32,000 bases of DNA from Wallemia ichthyophaga EXF-994 (taxonomy: Eukaryota; Fungi; Basidiomycota), in the NCBI RefSeq assembly GCF_000400465.1, contig NW_008806293.1:152601-184600 (forward strand). Direction: 5' to 3'. Positions 1 through 10,354 of the stretch are shown piece by piece; position 1 is the first letter of the stretch; every line of letters begins with the position of its first letter. Made by a program: the position numbers and the translations under genes. The notes under the pieces were generated by a model. The model was not told the DNA's origin. It searched no databases and saw only the letters and a program-made list of their open reading frames with translations.

Positions 1-2
1 TC

Positions 3-1912
3 ATGGGAATCACCCCCCAGCTGGCCGGTCAGAGGGTGGAGCTATCGCAAAAGCAGGTCGTCGAGATGGATTTGGCTAAATTGGCTGGAGAGGTGGAAGC
101 GTCGGTCAAGACGAGCAAGTCTGAAGCCAGCACGAGCGGGTGTGCGAGTGTGATTGGTAGTGCAAACAAAAGCAAACAGTCAAACAACGGCGTGGGCAAG
201 TTTTTCCCTAAATCCATCAGTTCGCGCCGCAGTGATAACCAGATAATCAGTGGTATTGAAAAGGCTAATAACCGCAGACTCGACAGTCAGCGCGTCGAAA
301 TGGGCAGCCGTTTAAAAGATGCTCACACCAAGATGCGCGACGCCGACCTCATCGACATCATTGAGAGAAACAGCATGGGGAGAATGGTGCAACAGGAAAG
401 TCAGTTTAGTGAGGCCAGCAAGCTGCGCCAGGGAAATAATCCGCGCTCTAGCAGAGGTATGTGGATTTTTTTTTTGTCTTTGACACATCTTTCTAACACT
501 CTGTTAGACTCCAACGACTCGCAAACACATAGTATGGTATCGCACCAAGCATACCTCGCAGAGCACAACATAAATGTTGGTAATGTGTTAGTGCAGTTCA
601 AAACTCAACTGCATGGCCAATCCAGGGAGCTTGAAGTAGAGATAGACGAGCAGGACAGAGACACCGCGGTGTTGAAAAACCTATCCAGCTACAACGTCCG
701 CTTGAACCTGCCTACGGGAGTGGTGTGGCCGCAACACAGGACGGCAAAGCTGGTAGAAAAAGACCTCTTCGAGTTCAACCTGCAAGTGACTCATCAGTCA
801 AGGAAGTCACTTACAACGCCAGCGGTAGAGCCGCCATCATACCCATTTAGTGCTGTTGACTTTGCCGTGACCAGACCGTCCAGCTTTTGCTGCGCTAAAT
901 GCGGTCGAGACCTTAGCAGCGGGGAGCTTATCCACAATTACAGAGATCTCCCGTCAGACAATTGGTCTGAGCATGTCGACAACTGGATGTGTCACCCTGC
1001 GCAGGAACTTAACGCGGATTACTACCGTACTTCGCTCAGCGACGCAGCTAGTCCCGATGAGGCCCTCATCGGCAGCAATTATTGGGTCTTCCATAAGAAA
1101 AACATGGTGGAGAGGAGTTTAAAAGTGGAAAGTAATGTGAGTATGGATTCTTGATGTCCCGAAACGGGCGGCCAAGAAGGCCAAGCGGGGCTGTCTCAGA
1201 CACATCCTACCTCGCCTGTTGTCGATACAGCCGCCCAATAGTAATACCCTCGCTGAATACCCGCGGCGTCTCGAGATCCATGTCACGCTGCGGCTACATA
1301 GAGGGGGACATCTGAATGTTTTACTAGAGACATTAACTGACCAACCCCTAAAGGAGCAACAAATAGAGCCGACCCTGAAGTGTGTCTGTGGCAGCACCGT
1401 GGGTAGTGTGCAGGGCGAGGCCTTCTTTCGCCTCAGCAAGGTGGCCGTGAGGCCCATTGCACAGGGCACTGCGTAGGTTTGTTGTGTATGTGTGACTCAT
1501 CTAACACCCGCATAGCTACCACCGCTATAACATCGGCCACTACATCTCCGCAGAGCTTGTCGACCAGTCGCGCAACTATGGCAGCTACCGCTACTTCCTA
1601 CAGGATGAGGATAGTGGTGAACTGAGGCTGCTGGTGTGGCTTTTCAACCCTCTCGTCCGACTGCGCACATCGCAGCTCAGCCTAAATGCCACTGTCGACG
1701 CGTGCAAATTATTCTGGAAGACGAGCAAGGAGGAGCCCTTCCACGACAATCGAATGGGCAAGATACCGAGACTGTCGTACCCTGGTTGGATCCTCGATGA
1801 GTTCGAGAAGTTGCTCATGCACGGCATCGCCTCCTTTCTCGCTGATTCTCCAAGACGTTTCTTCTCCGATTGGCATATAGGATATATCGAGCGCGTGGGC
1901 GTGCCTAAATAA
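3..1912 (+). CDS. IPA1: HECT_2-domain protein (UBE3D/Ipa1 family), 5'-partial, with an unexplained in-frame N-terminal region; exons <1-456, 508-1136, 1354-1472, 1516-1912
   Basis: Motifs CAKC...YRDLPSDNWSEHVDNWMCHP, LKCVCGSTVG and RYFLQDEDSGELRLLVWLFNP are typical of HECT_2/UBE3D. Introns are 457-507 (GTATGT..CTAAC..TAG), 1137-1353 (GTGAGT..CTGAC..AAG) and 1473-1515 (GTAGGT..CTAAC..TAG), and all preserve the frame. The HECT_2 part begins near ATG 534. Confidence 0.85.
1166..1313 (+). ncRNA. Intronic H/ACA box snoRNA/scaRNA-like guide RNA (snR81-like; predicted U2 snRNA pseudouridylation guide)
   Basis: Hairpin 1 has lower stem GGGCGGC 1166-1172 / GCCGCCC 1230-1236 and upper stem GCGGGG 1185-1190 / CCTCGC 1210-1215. 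The H box ATAGTA is at 1238-1243. Hairpin 2 has lower stem CCCTC 1247-1251 / GAGGG 1301-1305 and upper stem CCGCGGCGT 1261-1269 / ACGCTGCGG 1285-1293. ACA is at 1308-1310, followed by 3 nt. Both pockets lie 14 nt from their box. Confidence 0.88.
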
Positions 1913-2465
1913 GACAAGGCACTTAAGTGGCATTCAATTGGCGTTTTAAATAGCATTGCACATCATCAAAACATCATTCCCAATCATACACTCAACATAG
2001 ATACTCAATTATGGAGACGAATCTCTCGCTTTTCTCTACACATCGCAGTCATTGTATTCATTCATCATGTTTTATTATGTCAGTGTCTTGGTTTTTAAAA
2101 ATTCTTTGTGGGTATCGTACGATGACTCAGTCCACGAATTTGAGTTTCTTCGCGCTATCCGCCTGCAGGTGACTCCGTTTGTGAAAACTTTCTTGTCTGC
2201 AAGCAGGGCGAAGTGTATAATTTCCATAAAGCTTATATTTGCGCTCGTGCAAGCTGCACAAGTCTTTAAAGATCTGACTTATTTGTCTTCAATTCAGGTG
2301 GTCGTAGCAGAGAAATGGTACTATAATCATGTCGAAGGATGTTAGACGTACACGTGCACCCTCACGCACTCCCATGCGCTCCCAGCAAACGTCTAAACTT
2401 AGCGCATTACGTCATCAGCTATAAAAGTCATGCTTCCGCTTGGCATACGTTTTGCGATAACGACG

Positions 2466-5400
2466 ATGAGCCCTTCTGAGGATAAGAATGAGTGCGTCAT
2501 CTAAAAGCAATACCGTTCTACTTAACCCCCACCTCACAGCGTCGTTCTTGACCCGATCACACTGCACAACGTAATCGCACCAGACACAACGGCGGAGGAG
2601 TACGACTATGTGATGCACAAACTAAGCGGTAAGGATAGTGTAGCTGAAGACAAGCTCATCACAAAGCCATTCCCACCTACGCACTCGAGCCAGGAATTCA
2701 TACGCATCCACCTCCCGACGTTTATCAAGGAATTTGGTGTATACGCAGCCATTCTCTCACTTATACCCCTTCCTATACCCATCATTATCTCCCTTACAGC
2801 TGCTCTCCTTTGGCGTATTTGGATTCATATCGACAACGAAGCTGACAAGCTGGCGTACGAGCAGGAACGCCAGCGCACACTCGAAAGCAAAGCAAGCGTC
2901 GGCGGTGTCCAGGAGAGCTGCAACTGGATGAACCAGATCCTCAATAGAGTTTGGGGGATCATCAACCCTGACCTTTTCACTCTCGGTATCGATTTACTCG
3001 AAGACACAATGGAGTCCATGCTGCCGTCGTTCATGATGGGCTTTGTGAACGGCGTTAAGGTGAGCGATATCGATCAGGGCACTGTTCCGATGCGCGTACT
3101 CTCCATGCGCGATCTCTCAGACGCCGAGATGATGGAGACGCTCAACAACAACTCTGTCCCAAGTTTCAGTGATCAGGAGAATTCCTCCAAGAAAGACCTA
3201 AGACCTGACGAAGAGAAGGGCGAGTACGTCAATCTCGAAATTAACTTCGCTTATCGGGCCAGACCGTCTGGAGATCTAGCCACCAAGTCGCGCAACATAC
3301 ATATGCTCATACACTTTGTAGTAGGACTGAAAAAGATGCTCGGGGCTGTCATGCCCGTGTATGTCGAGGTGCAGGGTATGACAGGGACTTTGAGGGCGCG
3401 CTGTCAGCTCGTACCTAACCCGCCCTTTATCAAGAACACAACTATCGCTTTCATGGGTCTGCCCAAGGTCGTCATCAGCGCCACACCCCTAACTAAACAC
3501 TTCCTCAATGCCATGAAACTTCCCCTCGTGTCTCAGTTCATCAACAGCAGTATCAATGAGGCAATGAGAGATTTCTGCGCTCCAAAATCCTATACTGTTG
3601 ATGTGCAGGATCTGCTTTTGGAGGACGACGTTAAGAGGGATGTCTCGGCAATTGGCGTAATTGAGGTGCGCATACATGGCGCTATCGACATTGAAAAGAG
3701 CGATACAAATGGGACGTCTGATCCTTACTGCACGATCGCTTTCAGTAAGCAGCAGAAACCGCTGTATTCGACGAGAGTCATTGTAAATGATCTCAACCCT
3801 ACGTGGGAGGAGTCGACAACTATATTGCTACGTCCTGAAATTATCAAGTCGCAAGAAGATATAACAGTGCAGCTATATGACTCTGATAGGCTTTCAGCGT
3901 AGGTTTTTATAGCCATGAAAGGCGTGAGCGCATATCTCACACTCCAAACAGCGACGACCGTCTCGGCGAAGCCACAATGAGCATAACGAAGCTTGTCAGA
4001 AACGCTGGCAAGATGTACGAGTTGAATAGCGAGCTAGCCGGACAAGTCCACGGTACTAGACGCCAGGGTACACTCTCGTGGACCGTTGCATTTCATCCAA
4101 AGCGCGACCTCAATAAGAGTCTCATGACGGCAGGTACTGATCCCAACGTACCTGAGGACATAGCCAAGCATTACAGGGAGGAGTTCGGAGATGCCCAGAT
4201 AGACAATGAGAATAGACTGGTACAGCGCATCAAGCCAGAAACGCAATTCCCATCTGGAATTCTCTCTGTACAGATACACTCCATCGCGCAGCTGGAAGTG
4301 AAGAACGTTTTGGGGACATTCGGCACAGACGCCAAGCGCAGTGGTGCAGCTGGACAGAGTTACGTGGAGACTGAGGATGAACAATCAACTACTGCTCCTA
4401 GCAGCTACTGCACCATTATTGTCAATGATCAGACTGTCTTCCGGACGCGCAAAAAACCTTTCGCTTTCAACCCCGTCTTCAACGCTGGCACGGAGAGATT
4501 TATTGCTGATTGGAGGAGTACGATGCTTTGCGTGGCCATATACGACACGCGTTATAGAGAGGAGGACCCTATTCTTGGTGTCATACCTCTCAAGCTGTCT
4601 GAGGTGCTCAAAAATGGTTGTCAATTGACAAACAGTTATCCACTGATTGGTGGCCTAGGTGAGTGTTGTTGTATGCTATCTTACGACATCCTAACCTAAT
4701 CACCACCCAGGATACGGACGTGTGCGTCTCAGTGTGCTCTTCAGAAGCTGCGATATGCAATTAGAACGGCCTTTGCTGGGATGGGAGATTGGTACTGTAC
4801 AACTGCACTCCAACATAACTGTCAAATTCGACGCAGGCAAGCATTCCAGCTACTCAAAATGCATCATCCGCACTATCTCCTCAGAAGTGAAACTGCGCAA
4901 GCGCAAGACGACAGCATCCGAGACTGTAGTGTGGAAAGTGGAGGCCGACGAACCGCCAATGCGACTACCTGTAAAGCGCCGCTATGCGAGTGCATTCAGG
5001 GTGGAGTTCTACACCCACAACACAAATGCTCTCAATAGTGGTCCTGCAGCCGTGGCAATAATATGGCTGCGCGATATCGTCGATAATGAGATGCTGCGCA
5101 ATTTCCGTATGACACTTTGGGATGGTAAGGATTTCCACCGTCTCCTGCAGTGCTATACATATAATGAAGAAGATGCTGAGAAGTTGGGTCTTAAGAGGAT
5201 CGGCCATATAGAGCTCGATTTGCGTTACAAATCAGGTCTTGGTAAGACACATGGTCATTTCAAGGGTAATAAGGAGAGCATGGATGTACTCCAGGCATGG
5301 GAGGCAGCTGTTAGCTCAGGGCAGCGCAGCACGGTGGGTGACTTTATTGGCGAGTATACAGACGTGGATAGAAATAGAGATCCTGCTAGTAGAGCTGTCA

Positions 5401-5741
5401 GGAGAGATAGTGTTGACGCGTACTCGCATCAGCCTAGCACTATTGGTACGCGCAGGACTGCGCAGACTATGTCGGGCGATTTCGGTGAAGAATACGTTAC
5501 TGACGAAGAACAAGAAAAGCAAGATGAGCAAGATATCAACAGGTCGAGCAGTGGTGAGAATCACACATCTAAACGTGCTCTCAGAAAGGCTATGCACCGC
5601 GAGCATAGAGGTAGCTACCAATATAAGCCCGTAAGAACCGCTATGTGGGCTGCTAAGGGAGTCAGACACTCACTCTCCTCCGTCAAATCGAAAACTTCGC
5701 TGCATGATCGCCGAGCCAACCAGATAGAGACGGAGGTTTGA
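2466..5741 (+). CDS. SMP + multiple C2 domain membrane protein (Mug190/tricalbin-like); exons 2466-2491, 2540-3898, 3952-4658, 4711-5741
   Basis: N-terminal hydrophobic hairpin, SMP-start motif ESCNWMNQILNRVW, and C2 motifs GTSDPYCTIAF..LNPTWEE and YDSDRLSADDRLG. Canonical introns at 2492-2539, 3899-3951 and 4659-4710 join the ORF-track pieces. Confidence 0.82.
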
Positions 5742-5822
5742 TGAGCTACTTAATTCTTAAAATGCTCATCCGAATATAAATTAGATGTATCTATATAATA
5801 ATAAACTTTTACAATGCGTGCT

Positions 5823-8426
5823 TCAAGCACCCTTAACCTCCGCCAAAAGCTCTTTAAGCACCTCATACTCATTTTCATCCTCAAACGATGTCCTTGTGCG
5901 CCCAAGGAACGTCCTTAGAATGCTCTTGGCTTGGTACCTCCAATCAGGAGAGGCATCCTCTTGGTTGTTGGGGTCATTTACGTCCGCAGGCTTATCACCA
6001 AAGTTCTGCAACACATCCACCAAATCATTGATAGCTTCTGACGCTCTCCGGAATGCTTTGAGGTCATTTTCGACAGAGTCGTCTGAGCCAACACTAGCTC
6101 TGTATGCTTTGAGATGCATGTCGATCGCGTTTCTATACTGCCCCTTCCAGAAGCAGAGTCTGGCGTAAGATTTAAAAACGCGAGGCGATGACGATACCTT
6201 CTTGAGGAGCGAGTATTCGTAAAGTCTGTCAACAGCTCTGAGTAGACCATGACCTTCGTTTGGATTGTGCGCGACTCGAGCTCCCTCAGCGGTAGCGTCA
6301 CCCTCAATAGCATCCTTTTCGTTACGTGGAGCGAGTGTGACAGCGTCAACTATCTTGTCGACAACGTCGAGTTCACTCGAGTCGTCATTCTCGCCGCAAA
6401 TCTTCTCACCTCTGATATCTGCTAGTCTACCAACGGATCTAGCAGCATCAGCCAACTGACCGACGTCTATTGCGACAATCATGAGGTTCTGCCATATACG
6501 CCAGTTATCGAAGCCGAATTTCGAACCTTGCTTGAGGGCTCTGAAAGCAAGCATTTTGTTATCGTGCGACTGTAGGGCTTGTGAGAATGCATGTCTTTCG
6601 GCGATAAATGGCTCACTCACTACTCCTTGATCGCCGAGACGGAGATAAACACTGGCAAGATTATTCCACGATTCCGCATCGTCATCTTCCACAGCGACAC
6701 ATCTACCGAAAGATTCAATCGCGCTATCCCAATCCTCTACTTTAATACTAGCGCAACCGAGAATGAACCACGAGTGGTGGAAAAGGGGGTTGATAGCGAC
6801 GGCGTTGCGCAACACTTCTATAGTGCATTTATAGTCACCTTTCGCAAAGTACAATCCACCGAGAGATCTCCACGCACGACTACTCGATCCTTTCGACACC
6901 TCTAATGCCTTTTGGTAGTGCTTCTCGCAGTTGGACACGTCGAGATCTCCATACAAACACCACAACTTTGCGACACGCATGACGTCCATTCTTGTACGTG
7001 TCTTTGAATCTACTGTTGACTTGGCGCGTGTGGTGATAGTTTGTGATTCGACGATATTTCCTTCGAGTAAACCTTTCACTGTCTCGAGGGCATCTCCCTG
7101 TCTATCAGTACTGACGTAACAGATGATGGTGTCTTCCCACATCTCCAGCTTCTGGTAAATCTCGAGAGCTGATCTGACAACACCCATAGCGACGAAACGC
7201 TGTGCTAGCTCTCGTTCTAACTCCCACTTAGCTGGCATTGGCATGGCGAAGAAGTACTTCAAACGCTCTACATTACTCGAGTCGGATGTCGGCATTTGAT
7301 CGATTAGGGCTTGTAATTGGAGGGTGGAACGTTGGACGGTGCGGGTGCGATGGGCTTCCAATCTACTTCTCAGCAGCAAAGCCATTGTGTAAATGGACCA
7401 ATTTTGATGATTCGATAGCACTCTCTGTACGAAAGCACCCATTTGCGAATTAGTGAGTCCATTCTCTGGTGCCGTGTTCTTTATATTGAGACACATGGCT
7501 AGAAGGATACATTGATCGACAGCCGACAGCTTTGGTTGATTGGTTGGGTCAATGTGGGATAAAGGAGCGGATGCGTCAACCGTCGAGCTGAATTGAGTCT
7601 GTTCGAGGAGGGTGTCGTCGTTGAGTTGGAGGTTCTTGACTTGAGTATCGGCGTCGTTAGTGTTTTCGTGACTGTCGTGACTGTCTTTGGACTGTGCAAG
7701 CAAAACAAGCTGGGTAATATCGCTTTGTTGGAATTTCGTACGCTTTCCGAGGGCACCAGTGAGATGAAATTTGAGTTGATTCATGTTGGCAGCTTCTAAG
7801 AAAGTTTCCGAGGCTTCTCTGTCCCTTTCGCACATGTGATACGCGATACCGATTTCAAGAGTGAGTCTGGCTTGGAGAGGAGGGGGAAGTCTATCAGAGA
7901 ATGACTGGTTGACGCCATCGAGGATGGATTGGGGGAGGGGAACGCAATCGTCGAGCAAGTGCTGCTGGGAGATTGCAGCTCTGAGTTGCCACCACTTTGC
8001 AGATCCCAATGGCAGTTCACCTTCATCGCTTTTGAGTAACTCGGCCAAAATGGCTTGGGAGATGAGGAGCAATGGCGCGTATCTGGTCAAGTGATACGCA
8101 GGTTCACCGCCAGAGCTCAGTTTGTGAATTGCAGTTGAATTTTGATAGTCATAGTCATTCCACAGGCCATTCAAGTCTGCCAAAGTGAAATCAACGTCAG
8201 GACCAGTCCAATTGACTTGAATGAAGGAATGAAGGAGTGCTACAGCAACAGCCAGCGCATCCTTCTCATCGACTGTAACTCTAACCTTGAGATACTCCAA
8301 ATCTATATCACTGAGTATCTTCTGCGCTGCATCGCCTAGCAGTACCTCCTTGAATTTTCCTTGGTTAACTAGTTGTACAAGGCCACTGCCACCTGCACCC
8401 TCGAGCAATGCCAGCTCTGAATCCAT
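5823..8426 (-). CDS. EMW1: TPR-repeat protein Emw1/TTC27, 867 aa, intronless
   Basis: Contains LTGALGKRTKFQQ, NWSIYTMALLLRSRLE and TPR repeats such as ESWNNLASVYL and WRIWQN, all characteristic of TTC27/Emw1. Confidence 0.88.
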   Translation of the reverse strand: MDSELALLEGAGGSGLVQLVNQGKFKEVLLGDAAQKILSDIDLEYLKVRVTVDEKDALAVAVALLHSFIQVNWTGPDVDFTLADLNGLWNDYDYQNSTAIHKLSSGGEPAYHLTRYAPLLLISQAILAELLKSDEGELPLGSAKWWQLRAAISQQHLLDDCVPLPQSILDGVNQSFSDRLPPPLQARLTLEIGIAYHMCERDREASETFLEAANMNQLKFHLTGALGKRTKFQQSDITQLVLLAQSKDSHDSHENTNDADTQVKNLQLNDDTLLEQTQFSSTVDASAPLSHIDPTNQPKLSAVDQCILLAMCLNIKNTAPENGLTNSQMGAFVQRVLSNHQNWSIYTMALLLRSRLEAHRTRTVQRSTLQLQALIDQMPTSDSSNVERLKYFFAMPMPAKWELERELAQRFVAMGVVRSALEIYQKLEMWEDTIICYVSTDRQGDALETVKGLLEGNIVESQTITTRAKSTVDSKTRTRMDVMRVAKLWCLYGDLDVSNCEKHYQKALEVSKGSSSRAWRSLGGLYFAKGDYKCTIEVLRNAVAINPLFHHSWFILGCASIKVEDWDSAIESFGRCVAVEDDDAESWNNLASVYLRLGDQGVVSEPFIAERHAFSQALQSHDNKMLAFRALKQGSKFGFDNWRIWQNLMIVAIDVGQLADAARSVGRLADIRGEKICGENDDSSELDVVDKIVDAVTLAPRNEKDAIEGDATAEGARVAHNPNEGHGLLRAVDRLYEYSLLKKVSSSPRVFKSYARLCFWKGQYRNAIDMHLKAYRASVGSDDSVENDLKAFRRASEAINDLVDVLQNFGDKPADVNDPNNQEDASPDWRYQAKSILRTFLGRTRTSFEDENEYEVLKELLAEVKGA

Positions 8427-8497
8427 TTTACAGCGTTGTTGGTGGTATTTGTTAACGTTGACTGGCTGGCTGGCTTCTCACTCCGTAATCCCATCCG

Positions 8498-10219
8498 ATG
8501 CAATCAACGTCGTCGATAAATTTCGGAGTTGAATTTATTCATTTGCCTGCTTTATTCTTCAGTTTAATTTCTCTAATCGCTGTCGTCGTTGGCCCGCGTA
8601 ACTTTTGCTGTTTTATCACAAGCATGTTTAACTGGTTATTTGGTGGTGGCGTGGACAACCCCAAGCCTTTAAGTAAAATCAATAGAAAGCGCTGCTCAAT
8701 AACCCATCAAGCAATCCCAAGTGGCACTTATCCTGGTCTGCGTAATTCCAGCGGTGTGCACTGTTTCCTCAATTCTACGATACAGGTGTGTTTGTGTATA
8801 CGCGCCTATAATCCCCTTAAATCCCTCACAGTCTCTCGCCTCTCTCACCTCACTTGAATCCTTCCTGGGCGAGCTACTCAACGAGAGCGATAAGGTAGAC
8901 ATATACCTTCCACTATCGGAGGCGTTGTGGGATGTTATACAGAGTGCGTTTGAGTGTTACAACCAACTCCGCCAAACTCACGCTTCAACAGCCCTCAACA
9001 CACCCAGTCGAGCAGTACACACCAACACGGCGATAATAGACGCATTCTCACTCAGCGACACTAACAACAACAACACCTCCCTCATGTCTCCCTCCAAGCG
9101 TGCCCTCTCCCTCATCCAGTCCGGGCAGCAAGACGCACAAGAGATGTTCCAGTGCATTTCCTCGCTCCTGGCTCACGAAGAAGGTCTGATAAAAGCTGCT
9201 AAATGTAAAGTACGCGGTCTGGACACTCTCACCAGCTCAGATAATACCACTTATACCACCTCATTCCCTCTGGCGGGACTTACTGCTAGCAGACTCGCCG
9301 ATCTGCGCTGCGGGTATGTAGAAGCGATACGGAATATCGCCTTTGATGCACTCTCGCTGAATTTGCCTATGCAGACTTCGTGCACCGTCGAGCAGCTGCT
9401 AGGTGAGTACACAGCGATAGAGACTATAGAAGATGCTTCGTGTAGGAGGTGCTCGCTTGAAGCTACGCTCGCGCGTCTGCGCCAAGATGTAAAGCAGCTG
9501 ATGCCTGCTGACCCCAATAAAGGTTCGACATCCCGCCGCAAACGCATCAAAGAGGCTTCTAAGCAGGAGAGGCGACTTTCGACGCTCCTGAGTGAGGAGG
9601 GAGATTTACAAGAAGACGCGAGGTTGAAAGATATCAAAGTGGATAAATCAGGCGGGGGATCCACCAAGCAGATACTGATAGCGAGGGTGAGTGTTGGAGT
9701 TTTAGCTTAGCGTGTCACAATCACACTCACACTCACACACAGCCACCGCGGATATTGGGTCTGCACATCAATCGCTCAGCCTACTTGGGGAATGGAATGG
9801 CGGTGAAGAACCCTTGCAAAATATTGTTCGGAGATACGCTCGATATAACAGCGTACACTACGACAGGCGCATTAGAAACAGCACCGCGCAAACCCATCTC
9901 ATCGCCGAGCAAAGAGATGATAGAGAGACTTACATCAACAGGCACAATCCCAAGTCGCGTTTTATACACACTCAAATCGATTGTCGTACATTATGGTTCG
10001 CATCACTCTGGTCATTACGTGACTTATCGCAAATCTCGTTCAGATGATGATGATGAATGGTTACGTACGAGTGATTCCTCCGTTCAGATTGTTTCTCTCG
10101 CAGACGTTCTCCAACAAAATCCTTTCATGATATTCTATGAGAGGGCTGTAGATAAGAAGAAGAGCGAGAATAACACTCCTAACGCCCAAATACTGTCCAC
10201 ATACTCGTTGCATGACTGA
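8498..10219 (+). CDS. Ubiquitin carboxyl-terminal hydrolase (USP family; USP30/Ubp16-like if the N-terminal hydrophobic segment is used); introns 8786-8831 and 9687-9742; alternative start ATG 8624
   Basis: Cys box GLRNSSGVHCFLNSTIQ|SLASL, QQDAQEMF, His box YTLKSIVVHYGSHHSGHYVTYR, and WLRTSD. The start codon is uncertain (8498 or 8624). Confidence 0.85.
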
Positions 10220-10347
10220 TTTGTACTACTTCATTTGATCACCATTTGATCACGTTGATTTGTTGAAAGAAAGGGGGAAGGATGTGAAGATGTATGTGAA
10301 GGGCAGACTGTAACAATGAGGATCTAAAAAGTACAAAATGGGGATAT

Positions 10348-10352
10348 AAAAA
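10348..10352 (-). terminator. RNA polymerase III oligo-T terminator of the tRNA
   Basis: TTTTT on the minus strand 2 nt downstream of N73. Confidence 0.75.
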
Positions 10353-10354
10353 GA

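Noticed and set aside
1252-1260. 3'-pocket left strand GCTGAATAC is complementary to GUAUUCAG(C), a sequence I recall from many fungal 18S rRNAs
   Set aside because: The 18S sequence upstream of that site (GGGGGCRU) does not pair with the right pocket strand CTACATA, so no bipartite guide duplex forms.
1270-1284. CGAG in the apical loop of hairpin 2 as a CAB box (scaRNA signal)
   Set aside because: Only a partial match to ugAG, not clearly positioned, and absent from hairpin 1. This is too weak to claim.
1219-1353. ORF-track peptide MSIQPPNSNTLAEYPRRLEIHVTL... as a constitutive coding exon
   Set aside because: It overlaps the H/ACA fold. The stronger branch point and acceptor (CTGAC 1337-1341, AAG 1351-1353) and the HECT_2 spacing favour the 217-nt intron. 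It is kept only as a speculative alternative acceptor.
2052-2345. 97-aa plus-strand ORF
   Set aside because: Starts at TTG, has no recognisable motif, and is more likely an antisense shadow or chance ORF.
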